Below, piece after piece: positions 38,153 to 47,310 of a stretch of 51,625 nt of DNA. Source of the stretch: Desulfobacterales bacterium (GTDB lineage: Bacteria; Desulfobacterota; Desulfobacteria; Desulfobacterales; C00003060); the NCBI GenBank assembly GCA_023129535.1, contig JAGMBW010000040.1, positions 1 to 51,625 of the forward strand. The letters run 5' to 3'. The translations under genes and the position numbers were made by a program. Below the pieces are notes generated by a model. The model worked only from the letters and a program-made list of their open reading frames with translations, did not search any database and was not told where the DNA came from. How positions within the stretch are numbered: the stretch's first letter is position 1; the number at the start of each line of letters is the position of its first letter.

Positions 38153-39232
38153 TTACTGGTAAGGTCGGGTTAACTTGCGATATACATGATCATAAGCCTT
38201 GGCCATTAAAGGGACATTAAAGTCTCGTTCCACTAGACTATAAGCCTGTGTGGTACAACGACGACGCAAATCCGGATTGTCCAACATTCGAAGCAAATCT
38301 TGCGCAACCTTCTGCGGGTTTTTCACCGGGGCTAATAATCCTGTTTGCTCATTTACAACGAGCTCGGGTATTCCGCCGGCCGCAGTCGCGACAACTGGTA
38401 CACGATAGAAAAATGCATCCAGAATGGCGCTACCCAACCCCTCTGCCTTGGACGTCATCAGAAAAACGCCAAAAATCGGATAATAGGAGTAAGGATCATC
38501 CTGGTAACCTTCGAATACAACGTTATCAAGGCCCAGTTCTTTGGCCTGAGCCTCCAGCTTTACTCGAAGAACGCCGTCTCCGATCAATACAAAGACGACG
38601 TCATTACGCTGTTTATTAACAAGGGCCGCGGCATCCAATAACGTAGTATGATCCTTACGGCCTTCTAGTGACGCTATACATCCCACAACCTTGCGGCCTG
38701 AAAACCTTTTTTTTAACTCCTGCACCTTAGCAGGTTCGGCCTTGTTTTCTAAACTGATCGCACTATGAATTACAGTGATAAGGGCGGGATCAAAACCCCA
38801 ATCAACCATGACCGACCGGATCTTCCTGGAGATCGCGATTAGTCGGTCCGCTTGTTTGTATATAAAACGCGTGAACGCGTGATGACTCGGCATATTATCA
38901 ACGCGCCGCGTAAGAACGAGGGGTCGCCCGTGGAAAAATTTCCAGAACGCGGCAAGTTGAAGACCCCGGACTTCATGAAGTTGAATAATATCAAAATGGC
39001 GGAGGAAAGGGCCGTGCAACAAGAATGGCTTATTGATGCTTTTTACGCTAAAGCCGCATTTTAATGCCCGTTGCACGAACAAATCGTTTTTGCGCGCTAG
39101 TAGATGGTTTTCATAGCCTATATCTCTAAGGCCCTTCATTAGATACAAGGTTTGTCTTTCGCCGCCTCGCCAACCACGCTCGAGATTGATGTGCAGGATT
39201 CGCATCGGACTATCGATTACGTCGATTTTCAA
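38153..39232 (-). CDS. Glycosyltransferase family 4
   Basis: WRGGERQ, EGLGSAILDA and GGIPELV. Confidence 0.88.
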   Translation of the reverse strand: MKIDVIDSPMRILHINLERGWRGGERQTLYLMKGLRDIGYENHLLARKNDLFVQRALKCGFSVKSINKPFLLHGPFLRHFDIIQLHEVRGLQLAAFWKFFHGRPLVLTRRVDNMPSHHAFTRFIYKQADRLIAISRKIRSVMVDWGFDPALITVIHSAISLENKAEPAKVQELKKRFSGRKVVGCIASLEGRKDHTTLLDAAALVNKQRNDVVFVLIGDGVLRVKLEAQAKELGLDNVVFEGYQDDPYSYYPIFGVFLMTSKAEGLGSAILDAFFYRVPVVATAAGGIPELVVNEQTGLLAPVKNPQKVAQDLLRMLDNPDLRRRCTTQAYSLVERDFNVPLMAKAYDHVYRKLTRPYQ

Positions 39233-39989
39233 TTGTTATTTGAGTTAATTTTGCCGCCATTACCAGCTCAGCAAATGAAGACATGGCCGCGATCAGGAAG
39301 CCGCGCCACCCATCGAGTATACCCAAACGGAGCACGAAATCCTTAAAAAAACGATACGGGGGACGCAACACCAGGTGCAGAACCGGCGCCGTCACTCCTT
39401 TCTCAAACTTATCTTCCGCCTTCCACGACGAATAACGGTTGATCTTGGCTACCCAGGCTGCCATGGAAGAAACGGTATGGTGATCAAGACGAGCCGTGAG
39501 CACTCCCGTATTTTCGAGTTCTACCTTGGCGTGGACACGCTTCTTCTGATAGCGCCCAAGACCCCTACGAAATAAACGGAGCACACTGTCATCGCCCCAA
39601 CCAGAATGTTTGATGCACTTACCCATGAGATGATTATTTCGCCTGATCAAATATCCGTCCTTATCCGGGCCTCGCCGCAATAGTTCCTGAATCTCATCGC
39701 GCAGTGCCGGGGTTACCCGTTCGTCACTGTCCACGATCAAAACCCACTCGTGTTTCGCTTGGGGAATCGCCCAGGTATTCTGTGCGGCGTAATTGATATA
39801 TTCATGCTGTAAGATTCGATCGGTATATTTCCGGGCAATATTCAAAGTCTGGTCAGTGCTGAAGGAATCTACTACGAGGATCTCGTCCGCCCACATCACA
39901 CTTTGAAGACAGACTTCGATGTTTTTTCCCTCGTTGTAACACGGGGTAATCACCGTGAGCTTTTGCTGCTGATTCTTTTTAACGCTCAT
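39210..39989 (-). CDS. Glycosyltransferase family 2 (LPS core glucosyltransferase-like)
   Basis: VVDSFSTD, DSDER, RLFRR and DGWRG. Confidence 0.88.
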   Translation of the reverse strand: MSVKKNQQQKLTVITPCYNEGKNIEVCLQSVMWADEILVVDSFSTDQTLNIARKYTDRILQHEYINYAAQNTWAIPQAKHEWVLIVDSDERVTPALRDEIQELLRRGPDKDGYLIRRNNHLMGKCIKHSGWGDDSVLRLFRRGLGRYQKKRVHAKVELENTGVLTARLDHHTVSSMAAWVAKINRYSSWKAEDKFEKGVTAPVLHLVLRPPYRFFKDFVLRLGILDGWRGFLIAAMSSFAELVMAAKLTQITIENRRNR

Positions 39990-40144
39990 AAAGTGGTCTT
40001 AACCTCTGTATTTGTCTTTCCTCTGGGATAGCAGAAATGGTGAACAGGGCATCCTGTTCGTTCTTCTATCTCGGCCTTTGATAAGGAAAGCTCCTCGCGC
40101 AACTGATGCCCTGGGAGCCTGTCGAGGTTCCCAATTTTCTGAAA
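39986..40144 (-). pseudogene. Polysaccharide deacetylase internal fragment
   Basis: Frame lacking an ATG reads NLDRLPGHQLREELSLSKAEIEERTGCPVHHFCYPRG, resembling the NodB-domain FxYPxG region. Confidence 0.6.
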
Positions 40145-40909
40145 CTAATCTCGATAATTGATGCCTACATCTTTCAATAGGCCCCGAAACAAAGCATCAG
40201 CCTCAGGATAACGTTGCCAACTTTTCATTAACGGTCGCCAACAATTCCGGTAAGCACGTCTAAACGTGAACAACCACCGATGTACTTGGATAGCATCCAA
40301 GTCTATCATCACAGGTCCCTGCGGCGATATGATGAAATTCTTTGCTTTTGTATCCCGCTGAACAATACGGGCCTGCCCCATTCGAACGATGAGATCTACC
40401 AACGCCTGCCCCATAACTTCCTGTTGATCAGGGTCAAGCTCAGGTGACGTGAAATATGTCAATGCGTCCGGCCCGGCTACCTCCTCAGCGAGAAAATAAG
40501 CACGTGAACGCAAAGGGCCGTAGCGTTCCTCAATCATGCCGACTGGAGGTGCGGTGGGAACGCCTATGAATTGTAATAAGTGGGAATTACGCCAAGAAAT
40601 CGCAGCACGCGTGGGTTGTATTGCTCGTTTCAGTCCATGCCCGAAATTCTTTATATTGTATCGTTTCAAAACCAAGCGACGACCATCCACCTCCACGAGC
40701 GCCACTGTTGCCGAATGTCCCCGCTTCAACCTTGCTATCGCCACTTGCATATGCGCATCCGGGTCTGTCAACAAGGAGCTTAATGCGTCGGATTCATATT
40801 CTCGCCGGTAAAGAGTCAGGCGACCAAAAGACTGACTACAAGCAACAGATGCACTTTCTCTGAAGACTTCGCTGAGATAATTCTGCACCAGGTCAGTCAT
40901 GGATATCAC
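40145..40909 (-). CDS. LPS kinase (InaA/Kdo/WaaP family), single domain
   Basis: LKRGHSATV, LKRYNIK, DTKAKNF and IDLD. Confidence 0.75.
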   Translation of the reverse strand: MISMTDLVQNYLSEVFRESASVACSQSFGRLTLYRREYESDALSSLLTDPDAHMQVAIARLKRGHSATVALVEVDGRRLVLKRYNIKNFGHGLKRAIQPTRAAISWRNSHLLQFIGVPTAPPVGMIEERYGPLRSRAYFLAEEVAGPDALTYFTSPELDPDQQEVMGQALVDLIVRMGQARIVQRDTKAKNFIISPQGPVMIDLDAIQVHRWLFTFRRAYRNCWRPLMKSWQRYPEADALFRGLLKDVGINYRD

Positions 40910-40986
40910 GGATACGCTTCGTCGTCACCACCAATAATCGCATTAATGATAAATGAAATGATAAGAATTCCCTTTTGGGTCATATG

Positions 40987-41015
40987 ATTATAGACAAATA
41001 AGGCTTGTGTGTCAA
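40987..41015 (-). promoter_or_regulatory. Sigma70 promoter for the minus-strand LPS cluster
   Basis: Perfect TTGACA-N17-TATAAT on the minus strand. Confidence 0.8.
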
Positions 41016-41047
41016 GCAGGTAATCGCCTGTTGTAAAGCTGTTTCAC

Positions 41048-41076
41048 TTGACACACAAACAACTTTATCCTATAAA
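41048..41076 (+). promoter_or_regulatory. Sigma70 promoter for the divergent membrane protein gene
   Basis: TTGACA-N17-TATAAA. Confidence 0.65.
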
Positions 41077-41143
41077 GCCTTTGCCAAAAAGAAAATTCTT
41101 ATCACTAATAATCAACATAAGCCAATTTCCGAGCAGATTGTCA

Positions 41144-42676
41144 ATGAAAGATTTTATGCAACGCGGTATTTACTTTATTAGTCAGCTTAAAGATGTTCGT
41201 CCCGTTGCGGCGCTATTGGCCGTGGTAACATTGTTCATCGCTGTCAGCATCCGAAATCCCTTGAACAGTGATGGCATACTCTATTTACAAACTGCCGATG
41301 CATTCACCCACTCTGGGTGGCAAGCAGCCATGAAACTCTATTGCTGGCCGTTTTATTCCGTACTGATCGCCTGGTTAGGCAAACTGGCCCATTTATCTTT
41401 CGAGCATAGTGCTTATGTATTGAACGCCGCTCTGTTAGTTGTCATCGTCACAACCTTCATTACTCTGATCAAGGAATTAGGCGGTTCTCGCACCGTGCAA
41501 TTTTTTGGCGCTATCATCATTCTCAGCCACCCACGCCTAAACCACTATCAAAACTACATAATTCGTGATTTTGGCTATTGGGCATTCAGTTTGTTATCGG
41601 TATTATACTTCATCCGCTACTATCGCAATCTACGCTGGCGCTATGCCTTAGGCTGGGGTATATGTATTAGCTTTGCCACATTGTTTCGAATTGAGGGTGC
41701 CGTGCTGTGCTGCTTGAGCCCTCTCGTGTTACTAGTTCGCTCGAACACAGGGCTATGGAGCAGATTAGGATATACACTCAAAGCATATACTGTCAACATC
41801 ATAACTCTAGCTATTCTATTGACTTGGTGGTTCTGTATGCCACATGAGTCAAGCGAGCAACTTGGCCGACTCAGCGAGTTCTGGAATCAGTTGCAAAATG
41901 GCTTAATGTTGTTAAGTAACAATCTGCATAACAAAGCAGCACTCATTAGCCAAACTGTACTTGATGACGCGTCAAAAAAGTGGGGCTTAATCATGACCAT
42001 CTCTGGGCTTGCTGGAATATATCTCTACAGATTGGTTACCACCCTTTGGCCACTCCATATCTTACTTTGTGCCTATGGTGTTTGCAAAAAGCTGATGCCA
42101 ATAGAGGATGGTGCCAAAAAGGTGCTGATGTACTTTACATTATTAAATCTACTGATTCCAGCCATATTCTTAGGGCAACAGTTTTTCATCTCACACCGTT
42201 TTTTGATGCTATCAAGCCTATTACTTCTCCTTTGGTCGCCCTTCAGCTTACACACGATTTATCAGCACTGGCGAGATAAAAAAACAGTGCTAACAGGTAA
42301 CTCTTTATTATTTCCTTTCCTCTCACTTGTGTTTCTAATCATGTTTGTCTATGCCTTTATTCCACCTAAACAATCCAAGATATACGTGGTCTCAGCTGGT
42401 ATATGGCTAAAAGAGAACATGCCTGAGCAGGCAAAACTCTATAGCAATAAGCGGCAAATTGCTTTTTACGCACAACGACAATTTATGTCATGGGATATTT
42501 CTGAAAACCTCAGTATACCGGAGTGGGCATCTGATGATGTTGTTGCTTTAAGAGTGCGTAAAAAGAATTATGAAAAGGTTAGAAAATGCTTAATACCGTT
42601 AAAACTCAAGCCTGTCAAAGTTTTTGCAGATCAAAAAGGTGATAGAGTTATCATTTTTAAAGTTTCTGAAAGCTAA
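41144..42676 (+). CDS. Polytopic membrane protein, GT-C/ArnT-like
   Basis: Many TM helices, NSDGILY, IRDFGYW and RIEG; the ORF-track TTG start coincides with the -35 box, so ATG 41144 is preferred. Confidence 0.6.
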   Translation: MKDFMQRGIYFISQLKDVRPVAALLAVVTLFIAVSIRNPLNSDGILYLQTADAFTHSGWQAAMKLYCWPFYSVLIAWLGKLAHLSFEHSAYVLNAALLVVIVTTFITLIKELGGSRTVQFFGAIIILSHPRLNHYQNYIIRDFGYWAFSLLSVLYFIRYYRNLRWRYALGWGICISFATLFRIEGAVLCCLSPLVLLVRSNTGLWSRLGYTLKAYTVNIITLAILLTWWFCMPHESSEQLGRLSEFWNQLQNGLMLLSNNLHNKAALISQTVLDDASKKWGLIMTISGLAGIYLYRLVTTLWPLHILLCAYGVCKKLMPIEDGAKKVLMYFTLLNLLIPAIFLGQQFFISHRFLMLSSLLLLLWSPFSLHTIYQHWRDKKTVLTGNSLLFPFLSLVFLIMFVYAFIPPKQSKIYVVSAGIWLKENMPEQAKLYSNKRQIAFYAQRQFMSWDISENLSIPEWASDDVVALRVRKKNYEKVRKCLIPLKLKPVKVFADQKGDRVIIFKVSES

Positions 42677-42836
42677 AATCAACCAGGTAAGAAATTCTTT
42701 CGTGGTAGACATTTTTTGAAGACAGCTCTCGTTGAAATATTTTGTTTTATAGAGTGAACATATTACAGATTGGTAGTATAGGAATTCCCTTTTTTTAGCG
42801 GCGTAGCCGCATTATATAAAATCGCTTCGCGATTTT

Positions 42837-43841
42837 ATGACAAAGTTGAGGATATGTATGGCAGGGAAAGGAGAAGAACAGGGACAACAGAGATCGAGGA
42901 AACCACATGGCTTTTTCGGCACATTTACAGCTTTCATTGCAAGTATGCCACAAAAGCATATTGCCGGTGTTGGCAAGTTAGTAGGGACACTTGCATATAT
43001 CCTGGATAGACGTCATCGGCGCATCGTGAAGCGCAACTTGCAATTCACCCATCCTGAATGGTCCCGGGACCGCATCCAGAGACTCTACAAACGTGTTTTC
43101 CAAAACATGGGGGTTACTGTTCTGGAAATCTGTCAGATGATGTGCTTTTCCAGGGAGGATATACTGCGCAAAGTCCGAATCAGGGGAAAAGAGAATCTGC
43201 TTAATGCTATGAAAAGTCCAAAAGGCATTATCATGATTTCAGCTCACCTGGGGAACTGGGAAATGGCTCACCTATTTATTTCTTGCTATCTCCAGAAGCC
43301 CTTATTATTGGTGGTTAGACAGATTCAGCCCAAGGTTCTTAATCGGTGGATTCACAGACTTCGGAGTAATTTTGGGAATATTCTCGTATATAAGAAACGG
43401 GCATTACCCAAAATGGCTCGGACGCTACTCCAGGGGAAAACGCTGGGATTATTGATCGACCAGGGAACCAAACTCTCACGAGGAGTTGAGGTTACTTTTT
43501 TCGGCCGTGCCGCTAATACGACTCCCGCCGCTGCTTTACTGGCAAGACGATACGACAGCCCAGTCCTGCCAGTTTTCTGTATCAGGGAAGCAGACGCCGG
43601 GCTTACCCTGATTGTAGAACCACCTCTTACCCTGAAGAGAACAGACGACCTGGGTGCTGACTTGAAAGTAAATACACAGATTATGACTTCGGCTGTCGAA
43701 AAAGCAGTGAGGGCATATCCAGAGCAGTGGTTTTGGTTTCACAAACGCTGGAAACGGCACTATCCATATCTGTACCCCGAAGATCTGGCCAGGCGACAAC
43801 GTCGCAGAGAAAAAAAGAGAGCGCGATTGAGAAAGGTGTAA
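42837..43841 (+). CDS. lpxL: Lipid A late acyltransferase (LpxL/HtrB family)
   Basis: SAHLGNWE, LIDQG, FFG and PEQWFWFHKRWK. Confidence 0.85.
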   Translation: MTKLRICMAGKGEEQGQQRSRKPHGFFGTFTAFIASMPQKHIAGVGKLVGTLAYILDRRHRRIVKRNLQFTHPEWSRDRIQRLYKRVFQNMGVTVLEICQMMCFSREDILRKVRIRGKENLLNAMKSPKGIIMISAHLGNWEMAHLFISCYLQKPLLLVVRQIQPKVLNRWIHRLRSNFGNILVYKKRALPKMARTLLQGKTLGLLIDQGTKLSRGVEVTFFGRAANTTPAAALLARRYDSPVLPVFCIREADAGLTLIVEPPLTLKRTDDLGADLKVNTQIMTSAVEKAVRAYPEQWFWFHKRWKRHYPYLYPEDLARRQRRREKKRARLRKV

Positions 43842-43859
43842 GACTGGTGTCTATGTAGC

Positions 43860-43891
43860 ATTTCGGATTTTGGATTGCGGATTGCGGATTT
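43860..43891. repeat. Orphan left arm ATTKYGG 7-mer
   Basis: atttcggattttggattgcggattgcggattt. Confidence 0.8.
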
Positions 43892-43961
43892 AGTCTGAAA
43901 TTGTTTATCTGAAAATCTATAAAAGGCCCTAATTGGGGGTTGTGGCTGCGAAGTAGCATAT

Positions 43962-45125
43962 ATGGCCATGAAGATTTTACATCTGCTCAGCAATCGGAGG
44001 TGGACCGAACGATCTGAGCCCGCGGTGGACCTGGCTCTTGCGGAAAGAGTGCTGGGGGCGGAGGTCACATTCGTGTGCGGGCGGTCGCCTGAAGGGTCTG
44101 AACCGGGTGTGGCGTTTCATGCACGGCGCAAGGGACTCGATCCAGTAGTAGCGCTTGAGATGCCGAAGCATTTCCGGGTGCTTTCCGCCTTTCGGGATGT
44201 CGGCAAGCTGCACGAACTTATGGCAGACTTCAATCCAGAGGTTATTCATTGTCACATGCCGAACGCCCACCTGCTGGGAAGCATGGCCAGAGGCAGGCCG
44301 AAGCCTCCATTCGTTGTTAGAAGTTGTTATGATCCAGACGGACCCAAGGGTGATCTCAGGTCGAGATTTCTATACAGACGCTGTACCGATGGACTCGTTG
44401 TCATCAGCAGGGCGGCCAAGAACAAAGCAATGAGGAGATACAGGTTCCGTTCGGATGCGATCCAGGTGGCAGAGCCGGGAATAGACCTGGGCCGATTTTC
44501 CCGTGACAGGAAAATATCCGAAGCCAGGAAAGATTTTGGGTTGAAGGAAGAAGTCTTCGTGGTTGGAATGGTGAGCAGAATACGGGAGAGTCGGCGTATC
44601 GACATTCCGTTGACCGCTGTGCAAGCTCTTTCAAAGGAATTTCCGCAATTACGTTTGCTATTGGTCGGGCGCGGGCGCAAAAACGCTATGCAGGAGGTGG
44701 TGAAAAAACCCTCGACGGAAATGGGAATTGCTGACAGAGTGATCCTAGCAGGATACTGCCGCAATGATGGGCTTGTCGCGGCCTACCGGGCGATGGATGT
44801 GCTGGTCTATCCTATGCCGGGAACGGATAAATCGTGTCGGACAGTGAGGGAAGCTATGGCGTCGGGAGTGCCGGTAATCGCATCGAGAATTGGATTCCTG
44901 CCGGAACTGATAGAAAACGGCGTGAATGGCCGTCTCATGGATTTGTCGCCAGAGAGTCTGGCGCACATTCTTTCGGACCTGATGAGAGATCACGACAAAC
45001 TGGACAGAATGGCAGGCCGCGCATCCGAAACAGCGAAAAAAAGGTTCCCCACAACTCTCCAGGCAGAGAGAACGTTGTCGTTTTATAGGAGACTGCTGGG
45101 TGCGAAAGAGGATCACGTTCTTTAA
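43962..45125 (+). CDS. Glycosyltransferase family 4
   Basis: IHCH, GIDL and REAMASGVPVI...LPELI. Confidence 0.82.
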   Translation: MAMKILHLLSNRRWTERSEPAVDLALAERVLGAEVTFVCGRSPEGSEPGVAFHARRKGLDPVVALEMPKHFRVLSAFRDVGKLHELMADFNPEVIHCHMPNAHLLGSMARGRPKPPFVVRSCYDPDGPKGDLRSRFLYRRCTDGLVVISRAAKNKAMRRYRFRSDAIQVAEPGIDLGRFSRDRKISEARKDFGLKEEVFVVGMVSRIRESRRIDIPLTAVQALSKEFPQLRLLLVGRGRKNAMQEVVKKPSTEMGIADRVILAGYCRNDGLVAAYRAMDVLVYPMPGTDKSCRTVREAMASGVPVIASRIGFLPELIENGVNGRLMDLSPESLAHILSDLMRDHDKLDRMAGRASETAKKRFPTTLQAERTLSFYRRLLGAKEDHVL

Positions 45126-45250
45126 TTCATTAGATCAACAAGCAAGCGTCGAGTCTTTATGAAAATCCTTATTCCCTGATAAAAAGCCGGGCAGGTAGAG
45201 GCCGCACAATGAATAGCATATTGAAAGCAGCGTCGCGCCCGTGGCCCAGA

Positions 45251-45393
45251 CCCTGGCCCAGACCCGGATCATAGGCTTGGCAGATTAATTCAAGCACGTC
45301 GCGCCAGGGCGGGCTCCAGGCGATGAGATTGCCACGTCGCTTCGCTCCTCGCAATGACAGCAAACGAACTACCCGGACTTATTGGGAACTTAC
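45251..45393. mobile_element. Left-truncated copy of the 48456-48665 MITE
   Basis: Near-identical to 48510-48626 and ends in a matching terminal repeat (ccggacttattgggaacttac). Confidence 0.8.
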
Positions 45394-45809
45394 TCTTCAA
45401 CCGGGAACCGTGAACGTTGAACCGCTCAATCTAGGTTATAAGACGGCATCACTTCAAGGGCCTGTTCATTCACTGCATCTACGATCCCCTGGAGCCATTT
45501 GGTTCCCATAGCTGACCAGATCTTGTCCAATCCCTGGATGACTGCCACATAGCCAGTCCCTTTTTCCTTAATATGTTTGTTGAGCCGCTCCAAAAAAGGT
45601 TCCCGGACAGAGGGATCACCCGGGTTCTCCAGGCTGCTTGACAAAACGGCCTCCACGTCCTGCCACCTGTCAAACAATTCCTGCTTTTGCCTCAGGAGTT
45701 TCTCGTTTGCTTGCTCCTTCACGATCGCTCGGTATCTCCTGGCCGATTCAGGCATCTTCTGGGCCAGTGCCTTAAAGCGCTCGATGCGTTCCCTAATGGC
45801 CATGTCTAG

Positions 45810-45927
45810 GAGCGTGTCCGAGAATGGGAGACCCTCTTTTTCGTATACAACATAGAGTGTATCTCCTGCCAGATTGGCACAACATAATGTGGTCAAAATC
45901 TCGAAACCTCTATTCTCGGACAGCCTC
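45810..45927. mobile_element. 118-bp MITE with 16-bp TIRs and a CTAG target duplication
   Basis: gagcgtgtccgagaat / attctcggacagcctc (14/16); CTAG at 45806-45809 and 45928-45931. Confidence 0.9.
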
Positions 45928-46098
45928 CTAGCTTGTCCAGGACACCTTCATACAACATCTCAGCCATGGAGTCGCCTCTGAAAAACAGGGAGCGAACCTC
46001 CAAATACCAGCGCCTGAGTGCCACGAGGTTCGCAATGTAATTGATGTTGTTGATTGCCCGCCTTTTAATGTGCCAATAAATACCTGGGGAAAAACTCG

Positions 46099-46218
46099 TA
46101 AACCCCGCAGCCTCCGGCCCATAGGGGCCTACGCACTCTCCGAGGCGTAGGCTCGTGCCTCTACGAGCCGGAGGCCGGAGGGCAAGCTGCGGGGAATGCG
46201 CTCGTTTTTGCGGTTCAA
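46099..46218. repeat. Nested GC-rich palindromic insertion lying in frame in the GlmU-like gene
   Basis: ccccgcag / ctgcgggg enclosing cctccggc / gccggagg enclosing ggctcgt / acgagcc; boundaries approximate. Confidence 0.75.
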
Positions 46219-46792
46219 CACACTGGCGAGACGGGTCTTGGGCCAGTATGAGGTTGCTGCCATTAAGGAGGTCTGTTCGACAAACAATCCCTGCCGGAAT
46301 GACCATGCCGTATTCCACCCGTACAGGCCCAACCAGGCCCCCCTGACCTCCCAGAAAGATGGGGGGCTGATTCAGCATCACGCCCCGAGGGACGTCGCCA
46401 ATCAAAGAAGGGGTGGCTTTATCCTGGTTCGGTCCTATCTGGCAATCTTCGACCGTCACCGGTCCCTCATAGCCGAGTCTGGCCCCAGGCATGATCAGGG
46501 TCTTTTGGCCCAAGATCTTGCAGCCCGGATAAATAACCACGCCATCGCCTGCAATGCGATCCAGGCTAACCTTTTCTCCGATGAACACACTGTGGGGATT
46601 AGGTATGGCGACCCCTTTTTGAACAAGCCGCTTTACTCTGGCCCTGGATTCAGAATGCATTCGAGTAACCCCCTCCGCGATCACGTATACTGCGCACGGC
46701 CATAAATTGAAATCGACCCGTTGTCAAGCGCTTTCAGGAACGCAGGCCGCGTCTTAAGGTTGACACTTTGCGAAACGTTCTGTTAAAAGTTT

Positions 46793-47100
46793 TCGAGCTG
46801 TGCGATTAGGACTATTCAAATCAATCACGAAAACACGAAAGTACGTAATGTTCTCAAGGCAAACGCCGCAAAACACGAAATGAACCATACCAAAAAGATA
46901 TTCGGAATTCTGTTTGTCAAACAAGTACTGATTTATCAGCAGCTTAGCATCCTGAGAGATGAGCATAAGAATGAACCTGCAAGAATCTAACAATCAAGCA
47001 AGTCTTTAGGGCCTTTTTCGTGCTTTCGTCTTTTCGTGCTTTCGTGATAGTTCTTTTGAGCGCTTTTGCTTAGAATTCAATATGTAACCGTACAGATCGA
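46793..47100. mobile_element. 308-bp element with imperfect 17-bp terminal IRs and internal CACGAAA / TTTCGTG arrays
   Basis: Ends tcgagctgtgcgattag / gtaaccgtacagatcga, flanked by AAGTTT on both sides. Confidence 0.8.
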
Positions 47101-47106
47101 AAGTTT

Positions 47107-47293
47107 TGGAGCTGTGCAGTTACGAAACTAGTCAAAATTAATCACGAAAACACGAAAGTACGAAAACACGAAATAAGACCCGGAAACTAAGTTGCTAACG
47201 TTCTTTTTCGTGCTTTCAATCTTTCGTGCTTTCGTGATAGTTCTTTTTTTTGCTTCTCTGAGACTAAATCCAATATCTAACCGCACAGGTCGA
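47107..47293. mobile_element. 187-bp second tandem copy of the same element
   Basis: Ends tggagctgtgcagttac / ctaaccgcacaggtcga, flanked by AAGTTT on both sides. Confidence 0.8.
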
Positions 47294-47310
47294 AAGTTTT
47301 TAAGAGGTGT

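Larger units (their letters stand above)
45426..46684 (-). pseudogene. GlmU-like / left-handed beta-helix protein gene disrupted by insertions
   Basis: GVAIPNPHSVFI and GVVIYPG hexapeptide-like N-terminus; the two ORFs rejoin in frame (DKL-DMAIRER) once the 45810-45927 insertion and one CTAG are removed. Confidence 0.7.

Noticed and set aside
40142-40147. Programmed TAG readthrough (for example pyrrolysine) fusing the kinase to the deacetylase segment
   Set aside because: The downstream piece is only an internal fragment and no recoding signal or pyl genes are visible; a deletion scar is simpler.
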